A stretch of 64,000 bases of DNA, taken from assembly GCA_964411565.1 (NCBI GenBank), contig CAYPLB010000001.1:180757-244756 (forward strand), read 5' to 3'. Shown piece after piece: positions 1 through 9,269 of this stretch; position 1 is the stretch's first letter; each line of letters opens with the position of its first letter. Below the pieces are notes generated by a model that did no database searches, had not been told where the DNA came from, and saw nothing but the letters and a program-made list of their open reading frames with translations. A program made the position numbers and the translations under genes. Source of the DNA: Candidatus Woesearchaeota archaeon (GTDB lineage: Archaea; Nanobdellota; Nanobdellia; SCGC-AAA011-G17; GW2011-AR17).

Positions 1-1092
1 AGTTTTTTTACCATTGTTTGGCTTTAATGTTTTAAATTTAAGAACTTCTTTTGCAAGTTCTTTGTATTTCATTTGCTTCGATAATTTTTCTAAAAGTTTT
101 TTGTATTCTATAGATTCTGGATATTGATTAGAAGATGTTCTTGGATATGATATGTAAGAATTTGTGTAAAGACTCTGTGCAATTTCTAGAGTTCTCTTTG
201 GAGAAATTCTGAATAATCTGTAAGCTTCAATCTGTAAAGCTGTTAAGTCAAATGGGAAAGGAGGTGCTTGTCTGAATTGTTTTTTTGTAATCTTGTCAAC
301 AATTGCTTTTTCACCTTTACACTTTTTTTGTATTTCTTCAACAACTTTTCTGTCCAAGAATTTTCCTTCTTTGTGCCAAGCATTAAGCTCTTTTGCAATC
401 AATTCTAGTTCCCAATAAGGTACTGCAACAAAAGCATCAATTTCTTTTTCTCTTTCTGAAAGAATTTTTAATGCTGGTCCTTGTACTCTTCCTGAACTTA
501 AAACTTTGAAACCACCAATTGCAGATTTTAATGATAAAGTTAAAGCTCTTGATAAGTTAATTCCGAATAACCAATCTAACTCATGTCTAGTTATTCCAGC
601 TTCAGCTTGTTTTAGATCAATAGTCTTCATTCTTTCATCAAAAGATTTTCTTAAGTCTTCTTTTGTTGTTGTTGAGAACTTCATTCTTTGAGCATTATCT
701 TTTTTACATGTGTGTTTTACTATGTTGAAACCTATTACTTCACCTTCTACATCATAGTCACAAGCTACTACAATGTCAGATGCACCCTTTGCTAATTTTT
801 TGATTAAATTAAGATAAGGTTTTGTGAATGAAGCTCCTTTACTAACTTCAAATGAAGCTTTCCATTCCATGCTGAAAACTGGATATTTCCATCCTTTTTT
901 ATCCTTTTCAGCAACTGTATAAAGGTGACCAACAGCACAAGCAATTACAATTGGATTTTTATTGTGAGTAAGTTCATAATAAGGAATTCTTCGCATATAT
1001 GTGAGTTTTTTTGCAGTTTTATCTGCTAAAGCTTCAGCCATTTTCTTTGCAGCAGATGGTTTTTCACAAATAATTAAGGTATATTTTGACAT
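1..1092 (-). CDS. topA: DNA topoisomerase I (type IA), 5' part; runs off window start
   Basis: Not in the ORF track. Manual minus-strand translation from ATG at 1092 gives MSKYTLIICEKPSAAKKMAEAL (TOPRIM start), then ACDYDVEGE, SSGRVQGPAL and AQSLY..YISYPRT motifs. Confidence 0.95.
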   Translation of the reverse strand, partial: MSKYTLIICEKPSAAKKMAEALADKTAKKLTYMRRIPYYELTHNKNPIVIACAVGHLYTVAEKDKKGWKYPVFSMEWKASFEVSKGASFTKPYLNLIKKLAKGASDIVVACDYDVEGEVIGFNIVKHTCKKDNAQRMKFSTTTKEDLRKSFDERMKTIDLKQAEAGITRHELDWLFGINLSRALTLSLKSAIGGFKVLSSGRVQGPALKILSEREKEIDAFVAVPYWELELIAKELNAWHKEGKFLDRKVVEEIQKKCKGEKAIVDKITKKQFRQAPPFPFDLTALQIEAYRLFRISPKRTLEIAQSLYTNSYISYPRTSSNQYPESIEYKKLLEKLSKQMKYKELAKEVLKFKTLKPNNGKKT

Positions 1093-1214
1093 GTTTTTTA
1101 TGAATCTGGGCCATTGTTTTTAAATGTTGTTGTTTTTTTTGCTATTTTTGATTATAATGGTTGTGTTGAGATTTTCAGGTAGATTTATATATCAAAGTAT
1201 AATTTTTTGAGTTT

Positions 1215-1529
1215 ATGGTTAGTATATTTGATGATGAAGAAGATAGTTTACATTATTGGCTATCTCCATTAGGATTTAAAGTATATACTACAGGAGTTTT
1301 TGCTGCTGGTGTAGTTGTAGGATTAGGTTTAAGTTTATTCAGTCACTGTAATTATGGGAGAATAGATAGTCAAAATAATAATTATAAAGGTGGTTCTGAA
1401 GAAATTACTGAAATAAGTGATAATATGGAAACTGGTTTAGAGGGAAAAATGGATAATTTTGAAAATTTTGTTGAAGGTGATTTGAGATTATGTATTAAAA
1501 TGGATCCCAAGTATGGTTGTGTAGAATAA
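1215..1529 (+). CDS. hypothetical membrane protein
   Basis: 104 aa ORF with one hydrophobic segment and a TATA-like box upstream; no recognisable family. Confidence 0.55.
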   Translation: MVSIFDDEEDSLHYWLSPLGFKVYTTGVFAAGVVVGLGLSLFSHCNYGRIDSQNNNYKGGSEEITEISDNMETGLEGKMDNFENFVEGDLRLCIKMDPKYGCVE

Positions 1530-1596
1530 AACTTAGTGATAAGGTGATATTTCTATGATAGAAAGCTTTAAAAAGAGGGAATTAGTTTTAGATGTT

Positions 1597-1872
1597 ATGA
1601 AAATTAATGTTCAAGAGAAAGAGAAGAATATTTTAAAGTTTGAGTTACCAGGTAGAAGTCATACTCTAGCAAATGTTATAACAAAAGAGCTTTGGAATGA
1701 TGGTGATGTTGAAGTTTCTGGGTATAATGTTGCTCATCCACAAACAGCTAGTGCAGTTGTTTATTTAGAAACTAAGAAAAAAGATGCTAAGAAAGTTCTA
1801 TTAGATACAATTAAAGCAATTAAGAAAAAGAATGATGAGTTTATGAAGAAAGGAAAAAAGTTAGTGAAGTAA
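1597..1872 (+). CDS. rpoL: RNA polymerase subunit L (Rpo11)
   Basis: G.SHTLAN...GYNVAHP motif; likely start MKINVQ at 1597. Confidence 0.9.
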   Translation: MKINVQEKEKNILKFELPGRSHTLANVITKELWNDGDVEVSGYNVAHPQTASAVVYLETKKKDAKKVLLDTIKAIKKKNDEFMKKGKKLVK

Positions 1873-1900
1873 AAGTTTTTAAAGTTCTATTTTTATTATA

Positions 1901-2509
1901 ATGGTTATGAGTAAATTGATGAGTCCTGAAGGGAAAAAAAGTTGTTGGAGGAAATTTAAATTTTATTCTAAGAAAATATATAGATTTATTTTTTATGATG
2001 ATTCTTTACTCTCGTGGATTATTAATATTATTCTTGCTTTTTTATTAGTTAAATTTTTAATTTATCCAGGTCTTGCTTTGGCTTTAGGTTCTGAATTACC
2101 TTTAGTTGCAGTTATTTCTGGAAGTATGCATCATGATGGATTAGATTATGAAGAATGGTGGGATGAAAATCAAGAATGGTATTTAGAGAATGATATTACA
2201 AGTGGAGAGTTTCAAAATTATAATTTTGTAAATGGTTTTAATAAAGGAGATGTAATGGTTTTAGGAGCCTATGATGATATTGAAGTAGGAGATGTTTTGG
2301 TGTATGCTTCTTCGGGACATCCGTATCCGATTATACATAGAGTTACTTATATAAATGAGGAAGATCTAACTTATGAGCTAAAAGGGGATAATAATGATGT
2401 TGCAGATCCTGATTTAGTTGAAAATGAGCAATTGATTGGAAAAGCATTATACCGAATACCTTATATAGGATGGGTTAAAATTTGGTTTTCAGAGTTATTA
2501 GGATTTTAG
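1901..2509 (+). CDS. sec11: signal peptidase I (S26/Sec11 type)
   Basis: VISGSM catalytic Ser, GD, PIIHRV, KGDNN and IPYIGWVK motifs. Confidence 0.9.
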   Translation: MVMSKLMSPEGKKSCWRKFKFYSKKIYRFIFYDDSLLSWIINIILAFLLVKFLIYPGLALALGSELPLVAVISGSMHHDGLDYEEWWDENQEWYLENDITSGEFQNYNFVNGFNKGDVMVLGAYDDIEVGDVLVYASSGHPYPIIHRVTYINEEDLTYELKGDNNDVADPDLVENEQLIGKALYRIPYIGWVKIWFSELLGF

Positions 2510-2522
2510 GAGGAAAAGAAAA

Positions 2523-2840
2523 ATGTTATTTTGTCCAGAATGTGGAAGAATTATGATGCCTAAAGAAGAAGGCAAAAAAAGAATGTTGGTTTGTAATTGT
2601 GGTTATACAAAAGTTGAAAGAGAAGATATTTTGATGAAAGAAAATGTTAGAGGCAAGAAAAAATTAGAAGTAATTGATGATAAGTCTAGGGAAGTAATGC
2701 CTAAAACAGAAGCAGAATGTCCAAAATGTGCTCATAAAGTTGCTTATTTCTGGTCACAACAGACTAGAGCAAGTGATGAAGCAGAAACACAATTTTTTGA
2801 GTGTGTAAAATGTAAGCATAGATGGAGAGCTTATGGTTAA
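2523..2840 (+). CDS. tfs: transcription factor S
   Basis: FCPECG N-terminal Zn ribbon; QTRASDEAET and C..C..RWR C-terminal ribbon. Confidence 0.95.
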   Translation: MLFCPECGRIMMPKEEGKKRMLVCNCGYTKVEREDILMKENVRGKKKLEVIDDKSREVMPKTEAECPKCAHKVAYFWSQQTRASDEAETQFFECVKCKHRWRAYG

Positions 2841-3249
2841 AAAAGAAAAGATAAAAGAAAAATTTACTTTAACTTTGTATTTTTTACTAGTTTTATTTTT
2901 TATTATTTATAGTGTTGCTAACTTTTTTGCGTATCTTAGAGGAAATGTACATCCTATTTTGAATTCAGTTATATTATTAGAAATGATAATCTTTACTTTA
3001 GGAATTGTCTTTTTGAGAATGGCTTTGTTAGGAGGAGTAGAGAAAAGAATTATGGATTTTTTTATTGGATTGTTTTTAGTGGCATTTGGGTTATTTCCTA
3101 TTATTGTGAGCCTAGGTCTGTTGAATTTTTTACCAATGAAGTTAGAAATGGAAGTTAGTGTTTTACTTTTGAACTTAGTATTATTTTTCTCTAGTGTATA
3201 TTTTGTAGTAGATATGTATTTTGGTAATTTTAAGAAAGAATATTCTTAA
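2833..3249 (+). CDS. hypothetical 4-TM membrane protein
   Basis: Four hydrophobic stretches; overlaps the end of tfs. Confidence 0.7.
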   Translation: MVKKEKIKEKFTLTLYFLLVLFFIIYSVANFFAYLRGNVHPILNSVILLEMIIFTLGIVFLRMALLGGVEKRIMDFFIGLFLVAFGLFPIIVSLGLLNFLPMKLEMEVSVLLLNLVLFFSSVYFVVDMYFGNFKKEYS

Positions 3250-3291
3250 GTATAGTAAAGTATAAATATAGATAGGTTAATTGTTTCAGGT

Positions 3292-4035
3292 ATGAGATTA
3301 ACACTGGGAGAACCAAGACTGCTTAAAGAAAGTATAAGCATTATTTCTGAATTAGTAAGCGAGGTTACATTAAAAATTGATAAAGATAAAATTGAGATTA
3401 TAGCAATAGATCCAGCAAGTGTAGCTATGATCGATTATAAGTTGCTTTCATCAGCTTTTACAGAGTTTGAAGTACCTGCTCCACAAGAGCTAGCTATTAA
3501 TTTAGATCATTTTAAACAAGTTTTGAGAAGATCAAAACCAACAGATACAATTACTTTAGAATTAGATGAAGAAAAGAATAGATTGAAGATTCTATTACAA
3601 GGTAATAATAAGAAAACTTTCAATTTGCCTTTGATTAATATTGAAGAAGGAGAACAACAATTGCCTAATTTAGATTTTAAAACAAAAGTTTCTTTAGCAT
3701 CAGATAGGTTTGATGAAACAGTAGAAGATATGAGTATTGTTTCTGAATCAGTTTCTTTACATGTTCAACCTGATAAATTTATTGTTAAAGCAGAATCAAA
3801 TTTGAAAGATGCTAATGTAGAAATTCCTGGGACCGAAGAGACAGTGATAATTTTAGATTCTGATGCAGTGTCATCAAAATATTCTATAGAATATTTGAAG
3901 AAAATTTCTAAAGCTTCAAAGTTGGCAGATTCAGTTTCTTTAGAATTTGCTAATGACTATCCGTTAAGAGCTGAGTATAAGCTGTTGGATAAGTTGAGAT
4001 TGAGTTTTATTCTTGCTCCTAGAGTAAGTAATTAA
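3292..4035 (+). CDS. pcn: PCNA sliding clamp
   Basis: AIDPASVAM, YSIEYL, DYPL and FILAPRV motifs; 247 aa. Confidence 0.97.
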   Translation: MRLTLGEPRLLKESISIISELVSEVTLKIDKDKIEIIAIDPASVAMIDYKLLSSAFTEFEVPAPQELAINLDHFKQVLRRSKPTDTITLELDEEKNRLKILLQGNNKKTFNLPLINIEEGEQQLPNLDFKTKVSLASDRFDETVEDMSIVSESVSLHVQPDKFIVKAESNLKDANVEIPGTEETVIILDSDAVSSKYSIEYLKKISKASKLADSVSLEFANDYPLRAEYKLLDKLRLSFILAPRVSN

Positions 4036-4084
4036 CTTTTTTTCTTTAACAAAGCTTAAAAATTCTTAATTTATTTTTATTGAG

Positions 4085-4693
4085 ATGAATATGAAAGAAA
4101 AGTATACAAAGTTCAAAAATAAAACTTTTGATGATCCTAGAGTCTTTGATGTTATTAGAGGAATTTTGTTAGGAGGATATAGGCATATGTTCTCTAGAGT
4201 TAAGAAATATAGTGAATATGAAGATGGTGATTCGGTTCTAGAAATTGGATGTGGTACTGGAATTTTTTCAAAGTTGTTTCCTAAAGGTTATTTTGGAGTT
4301 GATTATGCACCTGAATTTATTGAGTATGCAAAAGTAAAATATCCTCATCAAAGATTTATGTTAAAGTCTGCACAAGCTGTGGATTTTCCTAGACATAGTT
4401 TTGATAAAATATTGTTGTTGAATTTTATTCATTTCTTAAGTGATAAAGATTCTAAGGAATTGTTGGAGAAATGTTCAAAAATTGCGAAGAAGTCAGTGAT
4501 TATTATTGAACCTTTGAAAGATGAAAATTTGTTGACAAAATTCTTTTATTCGCAAAATAGAGGACATAATATTAAAACTCAAGAAGAATTGAGAAAAGTG
4601 GTTGGAGAAGAGTTTGATATAGAGAGAATGGAAGAATTTAATAGTGCTTTCTATAAGTTGCTTATTATAAAGGCAGTGCCCAAAGTTACATAA
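4085..4693 (+). CDS. class I SAM-dependent methyltransferase
   Basis: VLEIGCGTG motif I, GVD, FDKI. Confidence 0.85.
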   Translation: MNMKEKYTKFKNKTFDDPRVFDVIRGILLGGYRHMFSRVKKYSEYEDGDSVLEIGCGTGIFSKLFPKGYFGVDYAPEFIEYAKVKYPHQRFMLKSAQAVDFPRHSFDKILLLNFIHFLSDKDSKELLEKCSKIAKKSVIIIEPLKDENLLTKFFYSQNRGHNIKTQEELRKVVGEEFDIERMEEFNSAFYKLLIIKAVPKVT

Positions 4694-4695
4694 AG

Positions 4696-4703
4696 TTTAT
4701 AAA
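4696..4703 (+). promoter_or_regulatory. TATA box (TTTATAAA) of the sugar operon; example of a pattern seen throughout the window
   Basis: The same octamer lies 21-24 nt before starts at 4726, 13440, 18430, 28477, 38083, 40431 and 41493. Confidence 0.7.
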
Positions 4704-4725
4704 TTCACCAAAAGGATTTCTTCGT

Positions 4726-5712
4726 ATGGGATATGGGAGAGTATTTATAACAGGAGGAGCTGGATTTATAGGGAGTCATGTTGTTGAAAAGTTTCTAAAA
4801 GAAGGTTCTGAAGTTTCAGTTTTAGTTGAATATAATTCTAATCATAATATGGATTGTTTGAAATATTTGTCAGAAGAACATAAAAAAAGAATTAAGCTAG
4901 TTTTTGGAGATGTTAATAGCTATTCTTTTTTGAAAAATAAAATGAAAGATCATGATTTAGTTTTACATCTTGCATCCTTGATTTCAATTCCTTATTCTTA
5001 TGAAAATCCTGCAGCTTATTTTAGAACTAATGTTCAAGGAACATGTAATGTTTTGCAAGCAGCAATGGATTCAAATGTGAAAAGAGTTTTGCATACTTCA
5101 ACAAGTGAAGTTTATGGTACACCAATTACTGTGCCAATAAATGAAAAGTTTCCTTTGCAAGGACAGTCACCATATTCAGCAAGTAAAATTGGAGCTGATA
5201 AAGTTGCAGAAAGTTTTTTCTGTTCTTTTGGTTTGCCTGTAACAACAATTAGACCATTTAATACATATGGACCAAGACAATCAATGAGAGCAGTAATTCC
5301 GTCAATGATTATGCAAGCTCTTTATACAGGAAAAATTAATCATGGATATTTAGAACCTACAAGAGATTTTTCTTATGTAGAAGATATGGCTGAAGCCTTT
5401 TATCAAATTGCAAATTCAACAAATACTTATGGAGAAGTTTTGAATGTTGGAAATGGAAGTGAAGTGAGTATGAGAGAAGTTTTGCAAACTGTTCTACAAG
5501 AAGCAGGAAAGCCAGTTGAAGTTGTGCAAGATCCAGAAAGAATGAGACCTTCAAAAAGTGAGGTTATGAGGTTGTTAGCTGACACAAGAAAGGTAAAGGA
5601 ATTAGTTGGATGGGAGCCAAAAGTTTCATTTAATGAAGGAATTAGAAAAACAATTGAATGGTTTAAGAACAATAAAATAAATAATCATAATCTGAATATG
5701 TATCATAGATAA
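4726..5712 (+). CDS. NAD-dependent nucleotide-sugar 4,6-dehydratase (LegB-like extended SDR)
   Basis: TGGAGFIG, LISIPYSY, STSEVYG, YSASK and RPFNTYGPRQS motifs. Confidence 0.88.
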   Translation: MGYGRVFITGGAGFIGSHVVEKFLKEGSEVSVLVEYNSNHNMDCLKYLSEEHKKRIKLVFGDVNSYSFLKNKMKDHDLVLHLASLISIPYSYENPAAYFRTNVQGTCNVLQAAMDSNVKRVLHTSTSEVYGTPITVPINEKFPLQGQSPYSASKIGADKVAESFFCSFGLPVTTIRPFNTYGPRQSMRAVIPSMIMQALYTGKINHGYLEPTRDFSYVEDMAEAFYQIANSTNTYGEVLNVGNGSEVSMREVLQTVLQEAGKPVEVVQDPERMRPSKSEVMRLLADTRKVKELVGWEPKVSFNEGIRKTIEWFKNNKINNHNLNMYHR

Positions 5713-5713
5713 A

Positions 5714-6418
5714 ATGAAAGCAGTAATTATGGCAGGGGGATTGGGACAGAGGTTAAGACCTATTACAAAAGTAATTCCAAAACCATTGTTGCCATTAGGA
5801 GAACATTCCATTGTTGAAATTTTAATAAAATCTTTAGCTAAGGCAGGAGTAAGAGATGTTTATATTGCTACTAATTATAAAAGTGAATTGTTTTTTGAAT
5901 ACTTTTCAGAGCCTGAACAGTTTCCTGTAAATGTAAAAATTTCTAAAGAAGATAATCCTTTAGGGACAGCAGGACCGTTAAGTTTGTTGAAAGAAGAATT
6001 TAATGAACCATTTTTTGTTATGAATGGAGATATATTGACAAGTATGGATTTTGGAAAATTGTATGAAGATCATAAAAATAGTAGTGCTGCTTTAACAATT
6101 GTTACAAAAGAAATTGAAACACCATTGCAGTATGGAGTTGTTGTTTCATCTGGAGATAAAGTTTTGAGTTTAGAAGAAAAACCTAATATAAAGTCTGAAA
6201 TTAATGCAGGTATTTATGTTATATCACCAGAAATTTTAAAATTAATTCCTTTTAATGAATTTAAATTAATGACAGATGTTGTGAAAGAAGCTGTTGCTGC
6301 AGGTTTAGAAGTTAGAAAACATACCTTGATGGACTATTGGTTAGATATAGGACAAATGGAGAATTATAAAAAAGCTATGGGTGATGTTTCAAAAGGATTG
6401 CATAAATTTGTAAAATGA
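5714..6418 (+). CDS. sugar-phosphate nucleotidyltransferase
   Basis: MAGGLGQRLRP.T...PKPL, LGTAG, NGD and WLDIG motifs. Confidence 0.92.
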   Translation: MKAVIMAGGLGQRLRPITKVIPKPLLPLGEHSIVEILIKSLAKAGVRDVYIATNYKSELFFEYFSEPEQFPVNVKISKEDNPLGTAGPLSLLKEEFNEPFFVMNGDILTSMDFGKLYEDHKNSSAALTIVTKEIETPLQYGVVVSSGDKVLSLEEKPNIKSEINAGIYVISPEILKLIPFNEFKLMTDVVKEAVAAGLEVRKHTLMDYWLDIGQMENYKKAMGDVSKGLHKFVK

Positions 6419-7275
6419 AAATATTAGTTACTGGGGGTAAAGGATTTATTGGTAGAAATTTAGTTTCTTATCTAGTTAGTCGAGGCTATGATGTTTTAAT
6501 CCCTAGAAATATAATTGAAGGTTTTGATGTTACTAATGTAGGACATGTTAGAAATTTAGAAAAAGAAAGTTTTGATGCAATTGTACATTTAGCTTCTAAA
6601 GTTTCAATAGCAGATTCACTTAATGATCCTTTAAAATATTATAATGAAAATATAAAAGGTGTTTTGCAAATTTTGGATCTTGCTAGAAGGAAAAAAGTTA
6701 AAGTTGTTTTTCCAAGTAGTGCTTTGTATGGAAATATTGGAAAAAGTCCTTTGAAAGAAGAGTATGTAGTTGATCCTCCTAATCCTTATTCAATGAGTAA
6801 GTATATAGGTGAACAATTGTGTAAAAGTTATGCAAGAAATTATGGAGTAGAAGTTGTTGTATTGAGGTTGTTTAATGTTTATGGAGAAGGACAAAAGTAT
6901 GGAGTACTTCCGAGAATTTTGAGAGGGATTGAAGAAAATAAAATTGAGTTTAGATATGGAGTTTTGAGTAGAAGAGATTTTGTTTATATTAAAGATGTTG
7001 TTAGATCTTTTGAATTAGCTTTAGAATATAGTTTTGAAGGAAAAAATTTAACTTTTGATGTTTTTAATGTTGGAACAGGAAAAAGTAGTTCTGTTAAAGA
7101 ATTTTTAGAGTTTGTTTGTAAGTTAAAAGATGCAAAACCAGAAATGATTATTGGTGAAGAAGAACAAAAAGGAACAGTTAGTGATTCTTGTGCAGATGTT
7201 TCTAAAATTAGAAATTTTTTAGGTTGGGAAGCTAAGTATGATTTAGAAAGTGGTTTAGGAGATATGTTGAAATGA
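6415..7275 (+). CDS. NAD-dependent epimerase/dehydratase
   Basis: TGGKGFIG, YSMSK, RLFNVYG and RDFVY motifs. Confidence 0.9.
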   Translation: MKILVTGGKGFIGRNLVSYLVSRGYDVLIPRNIIEGFDVTNVGHVRNLEKESFDAIVHLASKVSIADSLNDPLKYYNENIKGVLQILDLARRKKVKVVFPSSALYGNIGKSPLKEEYVVDPPNPYSMSKYIGEQLCKSYARNYGVEVVVLRLFNVYGEGQKYGVLPRILRGIEENKIEFRYGVLSRRDFVYIKDVVRSFELALEYSFEGKNLTFDVFNVGTGKSSSVKEFLEFVCKLKDAKPEMIIGEEEQKGTVSDSCADVSKIRNFLGWEAKYDLESGLGDMLK

Positions 7276-7976
7276 TTAAGGATAGTATTACAATTCTTTT
7301 ACCTGTATATAATGAAGAGCAGAATGTTAGAAAAATGGTTAGAGAGTTAGATATAATACTTATTAACTTGTTTGAAAACTATGAAGTTTTAGTTGTTGAA
7401 AGTGGGAGTACTGATAATACTGCTAAAGTTTTAGAAGATTTGAAAAAAGAATTTAGTTGTTTGAAAGTAATTAATGAAGGAGCTAAGAAAGGTTTAGGAA
7501 GTGGAATTAATACTGGAATAAAAAATTGTGAGAGTGATATTGTCGTCTATATGGATTCAGATATCCCTTTTGATTTGAGAGTTTTGAATAAAGTTTTTCC
7601 TTTAGATGATGAAGTTGATGTTCTAGTAGGTTATAGAACTGGAACAAGAGAAACTTTTGCTAGATGGTTTTTTTCTAAAGGATATAATGTTTTAGTAAAA
7701 AATATTTTTGATATTAAAGTGAGAGATGTGAATTATTCTTTTAAAGTTTTAAGGAAAAAAGTTTATAAGAATTTGAATTTAGTTTCAAATGGGTGGTTTA
7801 TTGATGCAGAAATTTTAGCAAGAGTTACAAAAAGAAAATATAAAATTGCAGAAGTTGGAATACCATACAAACATAGAGAAAGTGGAGAATCTGTAGTAAG
7901 AATTAATCATAAACTAATTTTTAGAATGTTAAAAGAAATGTGGGATTACTATAAAGATGAAAAGACTAATAATTAA
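7272..7976 (+). CDS. GT2 glycosyltransferase (dolichol-phosphate glycosyltransferase-like)
   Basis: LPVYNEE, GSTDNT, DSD (DxD) and FIDAEIL motifs. Confidence 0.88.
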   Translation: MIKDSITILLPVYNEEQNVRKMVRELDIILINLFENYEVLVVESGSTDNTAKVLEDLKKEFSCLKVINEGAKKGLGSGINTGIKNCESDIVVYMDSDIPFDLRVLNKVFPLDDEVDVLVGYRTGTRETFARWFFSKGYNVLVKNIFDIKVRDVNYSFKVLRKKVYKNLNLVSNGWFIDAEILARVTKRKYKIAEVGIPYKHRESGESVVRINHKLIFRMLKEMWDYYKDEKTNN

Positions 7977-8748
7977 TGCTGATGATTTTGGAATTTCTAA
8001 AGAAGTTAATGAAGGAATTGTAAAAGGTTTTCAAGAAGGAATTATTACTAGTACAACAGTGATGGCAAATATGTCTGAATTTGAACAGGCTATGAAATTA
8101 GCAAAGAAGCATTCTGAATTAAGTGTTGGAGTTCATTTGAATATAATTGATGGAAAAGCTTTAGTTATGAAAGATAAATTATCGCAAAAGTTAGCTGTGA
8201 AAAGTATTTTAGGTTTAGTGAAAAAGAGAGAACTTGAAGAAGAACTAATGGCACAAGTAGAAAAAGTTTCTAAGTATATTGAGCCTAGTCATTTAGATGT
8301 ACATCAACATCAAGGAGTTTTTCCAAATATTAGAGAGGCTGTAGTTAATGTTGCAAAAGAAAATAATATTAAGAAAATAAGATTGCCTAGAGAAGAATCA
8401 AATTCTTTGAATAATTTTTCACAACTTTGGAAGAAAAAACTTATTGATTCTTTTATTCCTGAAACAAAAAAATTGTATGATAAAAATAAATTGAAGTATC
8501 CTGAACAGTTCTTTGGAATTCTTAGTACTGGAAGTTTTAATGTGAAACATTTAGAAAGTTTTTTGAAAAGATTAAAAGGCAATGGTGAGTTAATGGTGCA
8601 TCCAGGTTTTTATTCTGAAAAAAGTCCATTGAAAGGAGATTTTTTAGTTGAATCTAAACATATAGAATTAAATGCTTTAATTTCTGTAGAAGCAAAAGAA
8701 TTGTTAAGAAAATATAAAGTTAAGAAAATAAATTTTAGAGATCTTTAA
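7957..8748 (+). CDS. YdjC/ChbG family carbohydrate deacetylase
   Basis: LIINADDFG, GVHLN, HLDVHQH and ELMVHPG motifs. Confidence 0.9.
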   Translation: MKRLIINADDFGISKEVNEGIVKGFQEGIITSTTVMANMSEFEQAMKLAKKHSELSVGVHLNIIDGKALVMKDKLSQKLAVKSILGLVKKRELEEELMAQVEKVSKYIEPSHLDVHQHQGVFPNIREAVVNVAKENNIKKIRLPREESNSLNNFSQLWKKKLIDSFIPETKKLYDKNKLKYPEQFFGILSTGSFNVKHLESFLKRLKGNGELMVHPGFYSEKSPLKGDFLVESKHIELNALISVEAKELLRKYKVKKINFRDL

Positions 8749-9132
8749 TTATCTTCTTCTCCTTCTCCATTTGAAAGAGTATAAATAAATTCCAATGATT
8801 AAGATTATGAAAAATGCATATAAGTAATATCTAACATTACTTGTTTCTTCTTCAACTTCAGCTGCTAAAGATTTTGGAGCTTCGTTTGCTATCTGACAAA
8901 TTCCTTCTTCACATCCATTTACACATGGAAGAATTGTGTATGAAGCAACTTCATCAATGCTACAATAATATTCTTTTATGTTGTCACCTTCACAAGAATC
9001 TTGGTAAGTTTCACCATCAGAAGTTACACCACCAAAGTCATATTTGTTTTTACCATTGTCTGAATCAAAGCACTCAGCAGTAACTAGACCTGAAAGTAAA
9101 ATTAACATTATTAGTGCTGTAATTATTCGCAT
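8749..9132 (-). CDS. small membrane-anchored Cys-rich surface protein
   Basis: Signal peptide, CxDSD.G...DSC...EYYC...C..GC..G.C module, C-terminal TM and basic tail. Confidence 0.8.
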   Translation of the reverse strand: MRIITALIMLILLSGLVTAECFDSDNGKNKYDFGGVTSDGETYQDSCEGDNIKEYYCSIDEVASYTILPCVNGCEEGICQIANEAPKSLAAEVEEETSNVRYYLYAFFIILIIGIYLYSFKWRRRRR

Positions 9133-9269
9133 GGAGAAATTAAAAGAGATTTATGTTTATAAATTTATTTCTTTTTGAAAATCTTGGCTTTTATCTTGAT
9201 TTTTATTTGTAAAACAATTAAAAATAACAAAAGATTTAAAAGTATTGTTTCATATTTGATTAGTTAATT

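Noticed and set aside
506-691. 61 aa plus-strand ORF
   Set aside because: Antisense shadow of topA.
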